Positions 42,912 through 55,929 of a stretch of 64,000 nt of DNA are shown here, piece after piece. A program made the translations under genes and the position numbers. Below the pieces are notes generated by a model, which had not been told where the DNA came from, did no database searches, and worked only from the letters and a program-made list of their open reading frames with translations. Source of the stretch: Octopus vulgaris (Eukaryota); the NCBI GenBank assembly GCA_951406725.2, contig OX597814.1:105028001-105092000 (forward strand), in the 5' to 3' direction. Position 1 is the stretch's first letter, and every line of letters begins with the position of its first letter.

Positions 42912-44595
42912 TGTATGTATGTATGTATGTATGTATGTATGTATGTATGTATTTATGTTTGTATGTATGATGTATAATCTTTTCTGCTTTTAACTATTTG
43001 AATTCTTCCTTTGAAGGAAGAGTTAGTTTCTATTGGAATGTAGATAACGAAAATAATGTCGCATTTTAAACCTGAGGAAATTTTTGTATATCTTTACTGT
43101 TCCGCTTACAGATTGTATCTGTAACGTGCGAATCAACTGGTCGACTTATTTTTCTGAAAATCCAGACTGGCAGTAAAGAATTTGCTTACAAAGCCAAGAG
43201 CTCCAATTATTATTGACTTCCAAATCTACCCATCTACGATGGAAGCATAAAATGAGGGAGGGAAGTCATAGCAGTAGTATGTATTGAGAAATGTGTAAAT
43301 GGACATGGTAGATTACTGGGTGATTTGTAATTTATATCACATTATCGTTGGCGATACAGCATTTTCTTGCAGCTACGCGACATGTGCTTGCGACTAAGTG
43401 ACATGTGATGACGACTCACTCTCGAACAGAAATAGGTTCCCAGCCTCTGCATCATGAATGGTTATATGGACCACTCCCAACGAAAACCAGACCTTCCTGC
43501 CAGTATGAAGAAAAACATGTTATTTAGATATTTAGTTTACACTATTTTACGCTTGTTTATACTGTTAAACATCCAAAGATCACAAATTTTCTTATTTAAA
43601 TTATAAATCATATTCTTTTCGATAATATCAATATGATTACAAAACTTCTTTGTAGACAATATTTTGGTCGACACCAATATTCAAATTACTGGAGACCGCT
43701 GCTCTACTCATAGCGGCGTGTGTAAACATCGGACTGGGTAAAAAGAAAAATGCACCTGAACGATCTAAATTCTAGCCTTGTTTGCTGCGAATGCGCGAGC
43801 GGGATCTTTAGGGTTGCAAAAAAAAAAAATCAAACAAAGACTTACATGTTGTATGCGAATAATGTCTGGATGTTCTGATACCATGGGTTATTTTGATTGA
43901 CAAAACTGAGATGTAAACAACAGCCACTTCGTGTAGCCGTTTCGAATCCTGCTCGAGACCGAGACACTTCAATAACTATGAAATAATCACATACACTATA
44001 TACTGACACAAGCATTTTCCATTTGATTTTCACTATTAACCGTCCTCGCGATCCCCTTCGTATATATGTTGGGGTCACGAACGATACGATGAAAATCCAG
44101 AGTTACTAGTGGTCATTGATTTTTTAATAAAATGCGAAGATGGTTTATCGATTCAAAGTAATTTAGTGTTAGGAAGGGCATCCAGCTCTAATCCTGCCAT
44201 AACAGTCACAGACGTCTGGTGCAGGCTTCGGCCTGGCCGGCTCTTGTGGTACCGTCCCAACTATACTACATGCAACGGGGACGTTAAATGGTGATGATGA
44301 TATCCATAAAATAATCATATTTTCTGATTTTTTAATGCTAAAATCCTTCTTGCAATCCCGAAAAATATCGTAACCATCGGACAGGCAGACGGATATAACG
44401 CCCATTATAGTAAGATGACAAATCGGCCCAGCTATGATGAGAAATAAAGGGATAGTGTCGCAAATCCAAACCCTCTACATTCACAAACCACGAGGGGTGG
44501 GGAATCCAGAATTAATCCTCGTCGCCAGAATTTTAGCAAAAAAAAAAGGATAATTTGTTAATACAAAACTTAATATCCACTAAACAATCATACCT

Positions 44596-44826
44596 ATTTC
44601 TTTACTACCCACAAGGGGATAAACACAGAGTGGACAAACAAGGACAGACAAACGAATTAAGTCGATTACATCGACCCCAGTGCGTAACTGGTACTTAATT
44701 TATCGACCCCGAAAGGATGAAAGGCAAAGTCGACCTCGGCGGAATTTGAACTCAGAACGTAACGGCAGACGAAATATGGCTACGCATTTCGCCCGGCGTG
44801 CTAACGTTTCTGCCAGCTCGCCGCCT
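44596..44826 (-). mobile_element. SINE family B, full length
   Basis: 17-bp TSD ACTAAACAATCATACCT (44579-44595 and 44827-44843). Confidence 0.93.
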
Positions 44827-45191
44827 ACTAAACAATCATACCTTTACAGTTTTTTTTTTTCCGCTAAAATCTTCGTAATCCTGAAAGACATCGTGGCCAT
44901 TGGTTCAGCCGTTTGAACGTGAAGAGGGAATAGACAGACAAATAGATAGACCGACATTACACCGATAATAGTAAGATGTAAGTGTAAATTTGTAAACTGG
45001 ATATAGAACCTGGACGTTTCGAAGAAAATACCCATAGTTATCTTCTGTCTCTTTGATTTTTCAAAGAGATATTCACATCAGAAGGACAGCTAACCTTTCT
45101 GACGAAACACACTTTTCCTTGTCTGTCCCAAGCAACAATATCTAGCCTGTTTCAAGTGGCAGTACATATGCTTTTGCTTGCAGCATGTATG

Positions 45192-45225
<34 letters not shown>

Positions 45226-45433
45226 TGTATGTATGTATATATGCATGTGTGTGTGTCTCTTCTATTTTAATTATAAAATTTTCCACTGAGGAGAAAGCCA
45301 TTTTGCAACAAAGATACAAGGCTCCATCTTTGGGATTTATTATGTATGTATTTATGTATGCATGTATGCATGTGTGTATGGATGTATATATGTATGTATG
45401 AATGAATGTGTATACACACAACGCATACATGGA

Positions 45434-45745
45434 CTGACACCCGGTCCGTTATGACGAAAAATGTTCCAGTTGGTTCGACCAACGCAACGGCTTGCTCATG
45501 GAATCAACGTGTAAGTGGCAGAGTACTCCAAACACAGGCGTGCCCTTAACGTAGTTCTCGGGGAGACTCACCGTGACAAAAACTGTAGAAAGTTTAGCCA
45601 TTTAAATTACGGGTACGACTCATGTTTACCAGCCGAGTGGACTGCGGTAATATGAAAGGTCACAACGCGCCGCCGGAAATTGAACTCCAGGAATCGAACT
45701 TACGACCGTGAACTGAATATCCTAACTATTACGGCTACGACACCT
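45434..45745 (-). mobile_element. Degenerate SINE of a third family
   Basis: The minus strand carries a tRNA-like head with a B box (AGTTCGATTCC) near 45690-45700, followed by a GC-richer body. Confidence 0.5.
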
Positions 45746-45829
45746 TCACTAGATCCCTCCATCCCTCCATCCCTCCCTCCCTCCATCCATCCATCCATCC
45801 ATCCTTCAATCCAGTCTGAAGCAGAATTT

Positions 45830-46740
45830 GAGAAAAAGTGCCGGGCTGGAAGCAAAACCTGGAATCAAAGGACCGTAAATCTAACTTAGCAAAGACTAAA
45901 GTTGTTGTTAACAAGAAAGCAGACAAGACTCTCCTTCCATCAGGTAAATAGAAAAGGATAATGATGGTGGTGGTGGAGATATGTAGGAAAAGAGTGTAAG
46001 CTATGAACGCGTAAGAGATGCAGTGGAATCATAGGTAGGTTAACGGATAAGGTCGTTTTCATGTATGGCAGATGCACTGGAACAATAAGCACTAAGGACA
46101 GGAGGGACTTAAACTCTCTCTAATGCCCGGGAGGCTCTCTTGAGGTAGTAAATAGTTTCTGCTATTTAGGTAACCAAATTATCAATGATGCTGGATGCTC
46201 TGAATGTATTGTTTCTAGAATAAGATTAGGATGGAGGAAGTTCAGAGAGCCGTTACCTCTGTTGGCAACAAGAGGACTTTCCCTCTCTCTCTCACTCTCT
46301 CAGAGTGAAAAGGCGATTGTATGATGCGTGTGTGAGATCGGGTATATTACATGGTAGTAAGACGTGGGCTCTGACTGCAGAGGACAGGCATAGACTGGAG
46401 AGGAATGAAGGTAGTATACTCCGGTGGATTTGCAACATCAATGTGCTTGACAGGCAAAGCACAACTGTGTTGAGTATAAAGTTAGGCATAAAAGGAATTA
46501 AATGTAGCATGCAGTAGAGGAGTGTGCGTTGGTTTCGACATGTGATGCGTATGTGTGAAGACAGCTGTACCTATCACTGAAAGTGGGTGGTACCTGTGGC
46601 AGAAGGACACCCAGGAAGACATGGGGTAAAATGGTGAGGACTGATCTTAAGGATGCTGGTGCTCACGGAGGATATGACAATGGACCGAGTTGTGTTTTGG
46701 CAATATGATGTTCTAGAGAAGACCCACCTATGATAGCGAA
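45830..46740 (+). mobile_element. RTE-clade LINE 3' fragment
   Basis: NLAKTKV, VVNSFCYLGN, RIRLGWRKFRE, RLYDACVRSGILHGSKTWAL...LERNEGSILRWIC; many stops. Confidence 0.8.
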
Positions 46741-47089
46741 ACTGATTGCTAGAAGGGTTGTGTCTCACCCACATCTAACAACAAGATTTTCCCACACCCT
46801 GCCCCAAGAAACCGAACTACTTCTCTTCCAAACAGTATCTTTCTCTTCTTCACATTTCTTCTTCATAAACTATGATTGTCTTCCCATCCCCTTTCCTGCC
46901 CTTACTGCCCTCTACCCAAGTTTTCGCCAGTCCCCTCAATCTCCACTCCCTACTAGCGTCTTCTTGGCAACACCTGATCGCGTATATTACGACCTTCGTA
47001 TCTCTGTTTTCTTTACTCTACCGTCACATCTATCCTCTGATCGTTGTTACTTGTGAGTATACCCTGGCAATTCACCATCTCTCTCCTTC

Positions 47090-47184
<95 letters not shown>

Positions 47185-47651
47185 ATCTATCTATCTATCT
47201 CTTTCAATCGATCTTCTCTCTGGCTAGTTAGCCACGTATCTCTTCTACAGCAGCACACCTATTTCTGCCCTCATTCTTGGTCGCTATCTCTCTCTCTCTC
47301 TCTTTCTCTCTCTTTCACTCTCTCTATTTCCCCCTCTCTCTCTCTTTCACTCTCTCTATTCCCCCTCTCTCTTTCACTCTCTCTTTCTCTCTTTCTATCT
47401 TTCACGGTCTCTTTCTTTCTCTCTCTCTCTCAAAGTTGTTATTAAGAGAGAATTACAATGAGTGAGAGCGAGTGAAAGAGAGAGAGCGAGTGAAAGAGAG
47501 AGTGTGTATGCGTGTGTGTGCGCGCCCGTGCGTGTGTGTGTGTATGCGCGTGAAAGAAAGATAGGTAGTGTTGTCGCCATAGTAACTAAGACGTTTTGAT
47601 TAAAAACGCGAGAAGTCTGTCAACGCAGCACAGCACAGACTTCCAAGTAGG

Positions 47652-47708
<57 letters not shown>

Positions 47709-48271
47709 CAAAATAAGCAACAAGGGTATCCAAAGGTAGTGTAGTACAATCGTTTCGGTAAATGGCAGAGCCATTGCTCTGCCATTTAAACTGCCCATTC
47801 CTCTATCTATAAATAGAAAAATTCTTGATTGTCTCCACGGAACGTAATAGAAAACCCCCTCCCCAATGATAAATCTAAATAACAAAGTGAACTCAGTGAT
47901 AAATCTACCCATGAGGAAAGATCTTATACTACCATGTTTTTACTGATGAAATTCACCTCTCTTTCTATATACCCACCCTATTTGTAATGTAGGCAAATGG
48001 ATTAAGTATAAAAAATGAACATTGTCAATTTAATTTTAAAAATTCCATATGTGGCTGAAGAGTGATCTACATTTTAAAACTGATGTAATACTTACATTGT
48101 TTAATTAAATGAAGTAGCATGAAACGATTGTACTACAGTACCTTGGATATCCTTGTTGCTTATTTTGATTATAATCACCCCATTTGATTTATATGGATAA
48201 TACCATACCAAATTCTGGTGCCTTTTAACTTAAGTACCATATTCATCTGAATCTAAATTTTTACTGAACTA

Positions 48272-48372
<101 letters not shown>

Positions 48373-48586
48373 CGTATGTATGTATACAAATAATTTATAT
48401 ATACTTATTTTTGTTGTTTGTTTGTGTGTATTTGTGTGCTTGTGCCTTTCACCATATAGACTGTGCAACATACCCTTATAAAAAGAGAAGTCCACTTTGA
48501 ACAATTTATGAAGGTACTTGCATGATTAACAAATAATTTTACCAGTAGCGTAACGACATGAAACGAGCTAATATTAAATTCTTGTG

Positions 48587-48790
48587 AGGCGGTGAGCTGG
48601 CTGAGTCGTTAGTACGTCGAGAAAAATGTTTTGCGGCATTTCGCCCGCCTTTACGATCTGACTTGGAATTCCACCGAAATCGACTTTGTCTTCCCGCCTT
48701 TCGGGGTCGGAAAAAATAAGTAGCCATTGAGCACTGAGGTCGATGTAATCGCCTAAAATTGTCTCCCTTTTGCCAAAGTTTGAAAACAAT
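48587..48790 (+). mobile_element. SINE family B, degenerate
   Basis: GGCGGTGAGCTGGCTGAGTCGTTAG...CCTTTCGGGGTCG. Confidence 0.75.
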
Positions 48791-49600
48791 ATTATCAACA
48801 TTGCTGTTTACAGTTACAAGAACTTGAAACTTTGACTGTTACGAAAGTAAATCATTTTTAACGGCGGCACTCAAAATACAAAGAACTAATGCCAATAATG
48901 AGATGGATGGAAGCAAGTAAAACCTCGTCTCCGTTGAAAATATACAAAAGGCGAAAATTTCAACATTCAAATTATAGTATCTTCCTTTATATATTTCTTT
49001 ATATTTTTAACATTTTATTAACTCGATGAGTTTCAATTATTAGAATTAATCAATGACTATTTTCTGATTATCTCTATTCCAAAATGTGTGGCTAAATTCA
49101 GCCCATACACCAGACACAGTTAACTAATGATATTACGGAATCCATACATTTAATTTCTGCGTTTTGAGAATATTCATCTCGTGATTTGTTTTAACGACTT
49201 GGCGTTTTGCATTGCTTGGCTTCAGTTCATGTTAACTAAATATAAACGAATGGAGGAGAGTTATGATAAATATATGACTATAAGCATTTAATGAGACACA
49301 GTCACCTTATAATAAGAGAAGATTTCAACATCAAGACAAGCTTTCTAAATTATTCGGTGCCTGGATATAGCTAAGTGACCAACTCTGGAATACAGGATTA
49401 CGTGGGTGCATTTAAAAGATTTTGCGAAACATTTCAAAACTTAAAACACTCTAGTAACAATAACCATTTTAATATCATTATTTCTAAAGAACAGCAAAAT
49501 AATATGGAATTTTATTAAAGCTATTACTGGACATAGTCTGCTTCGAAAGAACATTGCAGCATATTCTGCAAGTAAAAGAATCGGCAATTTTGGAGAGATT

Positions 49601-50491
49601 ATGCGTTTGATGTGGATAGGTCTGCTGTTTATAATGGGTTTGTGCGAAGGATTTCATAACTGCCCTGAAAGGTATAGAGATAACCCTCAACATGTGGCTT
49701 GTTTACCACTGTCGCAAAACTTGATAAAGTCATTGGAAGTGGATAGATTTGAGGAGAGATTGATTCTGTTTTTGCATAACAAATATCGGGGAGATATTAA
49801 ACCTGGAGTCTGTGCTATGTTTCGATTGAAATGGGATGCGGAACTTGCCTTTCTTGCACTGAAATGGGCAAGCAATTGTGAATATGAGAACATAGAGAGA
49901 GAAAATAATAATGTACCCGGCAAATATATGGTAGCGCAAAATATTGGCTTAGCATACACTTCTTGGTCTTCAGTGGTGCACGCATGGCATTCCGAAATAG
50001 ATTCATTTAATTATTCTGATCCAGAAGACGATGACGCAGAATCATATAGAAATATTGTTCGTAGCACCACTCTCCTCGTCGGATGCGCAGCGTCGGTATG
50101 TTCCAATTTAGGGATGCTTCATGTTTGCAACTATGCCCCCGTGGAGGATACAAAAGCCCCTGTTTATAAAACATGTTACGGACCCTATAAACCAAAGGAT
50201 TGTGGTGACGAGATCTGTTACAATGGTGGCCATCTGTATCCTACTAACTGTTCATGTATATGTTTAGACTTTGTTCATATAACTGGTCACCATTGCGAAC
50301 TGAACTGTTCATATTCTGATCCAAATGACCCTTGCACAACAATAAACATATCACAATGTGCAAATAAATTGACAAAATATAAATGTCCCTGGTTGTGCAA
50401 TCAATGTGGCATCTCTTCGAGGGATCTTAATCTTGACTCCTTTGTCCTTCTACAAACACTAATGTTCATATACATAATTTTGTTCATGTAA
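49601..50491 (+). CDS. CAP/CRISP-like protein, paralogue 2
   Basis: Signal peptide identical to paralogue 1; HNKYR, KWDAELAFLALKWASNC, QNIG and VGCAASVC...VCNYAP; Cys-rich tail CPWLCNQC; hydrophobic C-terminus. Confidence 0.9.
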   Translation: MRLMWIGLLFIMGLCEGFHNCPERYRDNPQHVACLPLSQNLIKSLEVDRFEERLILFLHNKYRGDIKPGVCAMFRLKWDAELAFLALKWASNCEYENIERENNNVPGKYMVAQNIGLAYTSWSSVVHAWHSEIDSFNYSDPEDDDAESYRNIVRSTTLLVGCAASVCSNLGMLHVCNYAPVEDTKAPVYKTCYGPYKPKDCGDEICYNGGHLYPTNCSCICLDFVHITGHHCELNCSYSDPNDPCTTINISQCANKLTKYKCPWLCNQCGISSRDLNLDSFVLLQTLMFIYIILFM

Positions 50492-50845
50492 GATGGCCTG
50501 TCATTCTGCAGTTTGTGTATATTGGTGAGGAATTGTTCTGCTGGCCGTAATCTATAGAAAATGCCAAGAAAAAGCAAGTATATGTTCGGATTCTATTATG
50601 CAGTAAGAAGAAACCGACGCAATCAAATGACTGAATATAAATAGACCACGTGAAACAAGCACATAAATAAATAAAAAAGTTTTATGAAAAGGGAGGTATC
50701 ACCTATTCCTTGAAGAACATTAACAGCAATTCTCTTCACCATTACGCTATCGCATTAAGGATGTACAAGAAACAGTAATAATGTTGACAGTTATATTTTA
50801 CATGTTTCATTTCAGTGAGCATAAACAGTTATATGTCAACCCTCT

Positions 50846-50934
<89 letters not shown>

Positions 50935-51140
50935 TTATGGAATTAAATAAGGGTAGAAATTGATACTAATCAATTAAAACCAGTGGTCTAGCATATTTTT
51001 TTTTTAAATCCGAAGATTATATACAAAATTCAGAGGACTGACCACTACAAAAATGGACAACCTATATGCTATATGACGATTTTGACGTCTATATCTAGCA
51101 TACACGCTGTCCATTTTTGTAGTGGTCATTCTTCTGTAAT

Positions 51141-51187
<47 letters not shown>

Positions 51188-51660
51188 CTAATCCTGTCAA
51201 ACAGACACAAGCAGCAAATACCAAAAATAAGAGCAAATACTATGGCTATAGATAATTTCGATTTAAAATAACATTAAAACATAAATATTAAATGTTCAAA
51301 AGAAGGGCATCATAAAACTTCGGGGGTATGTTCCTTGTTTTTTGGGGAATATGAAAGCTGGACTTTAATTTTCTGTTTGAAATATTATACATCTGTGGAT
51401 AATCTTAAGACGATTTATACGTCTACAAAATATATTTGTGAAATAAAGCAGGCTGTATTAAAATTTGTCGGTATTAATCAGGCAATGCTTATTTTTTTTT
51501 TTACTTTATTTATTTATTTATTTATTGACTGAAACTGAGTCGATTTCTGTTACATTTCAGCTATATAACTCGAATAACAAAGTACACATGTATTTACAAA
51601 ACTCGTATGCATCCATCCATATATGCACACACGCAGGCACACACATACACTCATACATAA

Positions 51661-51707
<47 letters not shown>

Positions 51708-52357
51708 TGTAGAGGTAGGTACGTACATATATGTTTATATATATGCATATGTTCTATTTTATTAACATATTATACGACTAAACGCACTCTGCACCCTATT
51801 AAGTAAGATTGTTCTGTTTATCAAGCCTTTAGGCCACTGGTGATATTAATAATCCAGCGTTTGCATTACTTTTTTCGTCTGGCGTAAACAGCCCTTCTTA
51901 TCTTGTTCTCCTTGTCCTGTCTCTCACTGTTATATATTTATTTTTCAACTGTTTATATATAATTTTTTTTTTACTGTTTATATGTTTGTACTGTCGTTAC
52001 CGTCTTGCTTTTTTTACCATTTTTTACCCCTCTGCGAAAAGATCTCAGAATTTTAATTGATTTGCTTTTCGCAGGAAGGAAGTTTCTTCGAAGTATACGT
52101 CTCGCTTTTATCCTTCGAAACGTAGAGTAGATGAAACCTTAGCGACTGAAGAAGGGGATTTTTCGTTGTGCTTATTGTCCTGTATCTCTTTTTTTTCTTT
52201 TTTGCTTGTCCTGTTCCTTGGTTTGTGTCTATGTTTTTCGTCTCTCTATGTGTTCGACGTCTTTTTGGTGTCCTGTACACATATATGCGTGTATATGTAC
52301 ATGTAGAGGTAGGTACGTACATATATGTTTATATATATGCATATGTTCTATTTTATT

Positions 52358-52461
<104 letters not shown>

Positions 52462-52471
52462 GTATTTATAC

Positions 52472-52512
<41 letters not shown>

Positions 52513-52561
52513 TGTATACATATATATTATGTATATATATATATATATATGTATGTATATC

Positions 52562-52592
<31 letters not shown>

Positions 52593-52595
52593 CTA

Positions 52596-52651
<56 letters not shown>

Positions 52652-52884
52652 TTTAATGCTTTGCCAAAACATGTGAGGGACCATCACAGTGTAGGGGTAC
52701 ATTTTTTACAAGAAACAACTTGACTACCTGCTGTCCAAAATCCTAGATGAAAATATATCAGGGCAAGAAACTTATAACTCCTGCCTTCACCAAAACCAAA
52801 CGCAAAACATTGGCCATTGAAAGGGTGATTACACTGGCAGTAAAAAATAAAATACATACATACATACATACATACATACATACA

Positions 52885-52955
<71 letters not shown>

Positions 52956-54244
52956 GATGGCCCAGAAGTAGGTTTACAGTTATTCAACTTTATCTTTCGC
53001 ATTCATATATTAACAGTTTAGATCTTTATTATAAAATTATTAGATCTTTATTATAATTTTGTCAGGCTCCCTTTTCAGTTTGTAAGGTAGAAATTTAAAT
53101 GTAATAAAATGTTTTAAAGTGCCTACGTAATAACTTTAAACTTACTTTTGCCCACCATGTATATATATATATATATATATATCAATGATTGCTGTGGAGG
53201 GGCATTGAGGCGAATCCTGTTTAAGAATTTCTTTCTCAATCTATGCTGTGATCGGAGCTCAGCATTGGTAAGGTAGAGCAGGGAATCCGCCTGTGCTTAC
53301 TGGTGGTGTGTCATTCCTGGGAGCATCTGGCTCCCAGGCCATCCCACATAGAGGAAATTAAAGTCAGCCGAAAAGAATATTCTGATGTGTTGTTCCAGTC
53401 TGGTGAGAACCCCTGCTATCTTTGCTAGGCAGTCTTACCTGCATGTGTTGGAGCATCAGTGGAGGGTATGTAGTATATATGATAATATTAAGTTCTCTTA
53501 CTTGTACAATTTGAGTGTCATTCCCTGAATTTTCATATGACAGCAGGACCTGGGCGTGAGGTCCTCTCGGATGTATTCAGCACCTCCACCACGGCTCCTT
53601 TCTTTCCAGTCGGAACGTATGACAACATATTATGGTATGTGTCATTCTGCGTCCCCTATATCAGGTCTAAGATGCGTTTCCACAAGTGCTACGCACATAG
53701 CTCGATTGCATGCACCAAAGTCTCTCTAAAACGAGATTTTTGTTTTACAGTTGACGTGCAACAACCTTCCGTTATTTAAGAGAAACGCTTTTGTGACGTC
53801 TGTGTTTGTGTTAGTGGTGGCCATCCTGTTACTGTTGTCGGTAGTGGCGGCCTCGTGTGATGGTGGGCGCAGTTCCAAGTTTGTGTTTTTTTTTGTTTGT
53901 AGCCGCGTCAGCTGCTGGAGAAGCTATATATATATATATAGAACAATCTTACTTAGAAATGGATGCGTGCGTTCCGTCATATAAATTAATAAATAAAACA
54001 TATGCATATATACATACATATATGTACGTACCTACCTCTACATGTATATATACATGCATATATGGGTACAGGACACCAAAAAACGTCGAACACAATGAGA
54101 AACGAAAACATAAACACAAAACCAAGGAACTGGACATTTTTCTTAAACAACGAAAAAATAGAGTATAGGACAAATAACACATGTATGTATATATGCATAT
54201 GTTTTATTTATTAATTTATTATATATATATATATATATATATAT

Positions 54245-55410
54245 CCAAGGATCGAGGTGTAGGAAGGAAATTAGCTTCAAGCAATCCGTAGTAAAAAACA
54301 AAGAATTCAGAGACAGTAGTGGTTTATTGAGACAGAAGGTTGTGGACTTTTTTCATATCGAACTACGAAAAATTGAAAAATTTCCTTTTGTATTTCACTG
54401 TGGGCGAATAAGATACAAGAGTTTCATAGCGAGTGGAACCTCGGAATTGGTAAATATCCAAGCGACATTTGTACTGTAGGCTACTCTTCAGGCCAAAGAT
54501 TTCTTGATTAAATGAAAGTTTACATTGTCACAAGGAGCTACATGCTAACACATGGGAGATTCAATCAAAATGTGTCGAAAGCACTGGAGGAGTGGAGAAT
54601 ATAAATGTAGAGAGAAGTAAGTATTAAAAGAAGGAAAAAAGAAGAACGTGAGTGAGAAGAAAGAGGGGAGTGGTATTTGGAGAAATGTTTTTGGTGAAGA
54701 GGAGAAAAATTTATACGTGAAGAAAGGAAGATAGAATGGATAGGAATCGTGGCGACTACTACTAGCAATCATTTAAGGGGTGCATATTGTGTTCGGTGAT
54801 CGTGCTTACAGTATGAAATAGTAGAGGTGCAGGTTGGCATGTGTCCTTGTAAGTTTAGAAGGCGGGAGCGGTAGGCTGGAGAAATAAGAGAAATTTTTTT
54901 TATAAATGGTAAGGAAAAATACAGAGAAGCATGTAAAAGACAATATAGAATTAAAGGGACAAATGAGAGACAGAGAGAAGTATGTAAATGACAAAAGGAA
55001 CTTAAGGGAAGATATATTGTTGGGTTAATATATAGTGGTAGTGAGGGTAAAAAAGAAAGAAAAATTATGAAGGTTAGGGGGAAAAAGACGAGGTAGGGTT
55101 GTTGTTATTTGTTTTTAGAGAATAGATTTAGTGATCGATGTTTGCAGATAAAAATTATACTGTTGCGTTCATTGAGACAATCCGTGGATTGCAAAATAGC
55201 TAAAGTCTCATCTATGCAGAGATCACACTTATAGATGTTGTATGGTTTTGTGTGGGCGACTATGGACCACTTAAGAGTGTAAGGAGTTAAATCAATCTTT
55301 AGTTTATTGATAAGCTGAGATAATGATGTATTGTTGGATTTTGTTCGGGACTTGAAACTGGAGTAGTAGTTGCTCACTGTAGCTTTGAAGGTGGTGCTAC
55401 ATGTTGATAT
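54245..55410 (-). mobile_element. Penelope-like (Neptune-type) element 3' fragment: GIY-YIG C-terminus plus downstream terminal region
   Basis: TTFK...SSFK...TSLS...LKWSIV...PY...KCDLCIDE...LNERN...CKHR at 55105-55400, interrupted by a SINE at the expected YIG position. A hammerhead-like motif lies at 54402-54495. Confidence 0.75.
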
Positions 55411-55823
55411 ACTCTTTTATTCTTTTACTTGTTTCAGTCATTTGACTGCGGCCATGCTGGAGCACCGCCTTTAATCGAGCAACTCGACCCCGGGACTTAT
55501 TCTTTTGTATGCCCAGTACTTATTCTATCGGTCTCTTTTGCCGAACCGCTAAGTAACGGGGACATAAACACACCAACATCGGTTGTCAAGCAATGCTAGG
55601 GGGACAAACACAGACACAAACACACACACGCATATATATATATATATATACATATATACAACGGGCTTCTTTCAGTTTCCGCCTACCAAATCCACTCACA
55701 AGGCATTGGTCGACCCGAGGCTATAGTAGAAGACACTTGCCCAAGGTGCCACGCAGTGGGACTGAACCCGGAACCATGTGGTTGGTAAACAAGCTACTTA
55801 CCACACAGCCACTCCTGCGCCTA
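55411..55823 (-). mobile_element. SINE family A, full length
   Basis: Collinear with 1421-1832, with A and B boxes on the minus strand. Confidence 0.88.
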
Positions 55824-55929
55824 TATATTTATAGTTATTGTATCTGAAGACGAACTTATACTGCACCCATGAGTGTTTCTTTCACCCATGCGATTGTGGT
55901 TTTGCTGGAGCACCACCGTAATTTTGTTC

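Noticed and set aside
44020-44975. Possible Helitron-like termini (ATAGTAAGAT at about 44416 and 44976) and a short SINE piece at 44168-44300
   Set aside because: No matching CTAG/hairpin end could be placed; too fragmentary to delimit.
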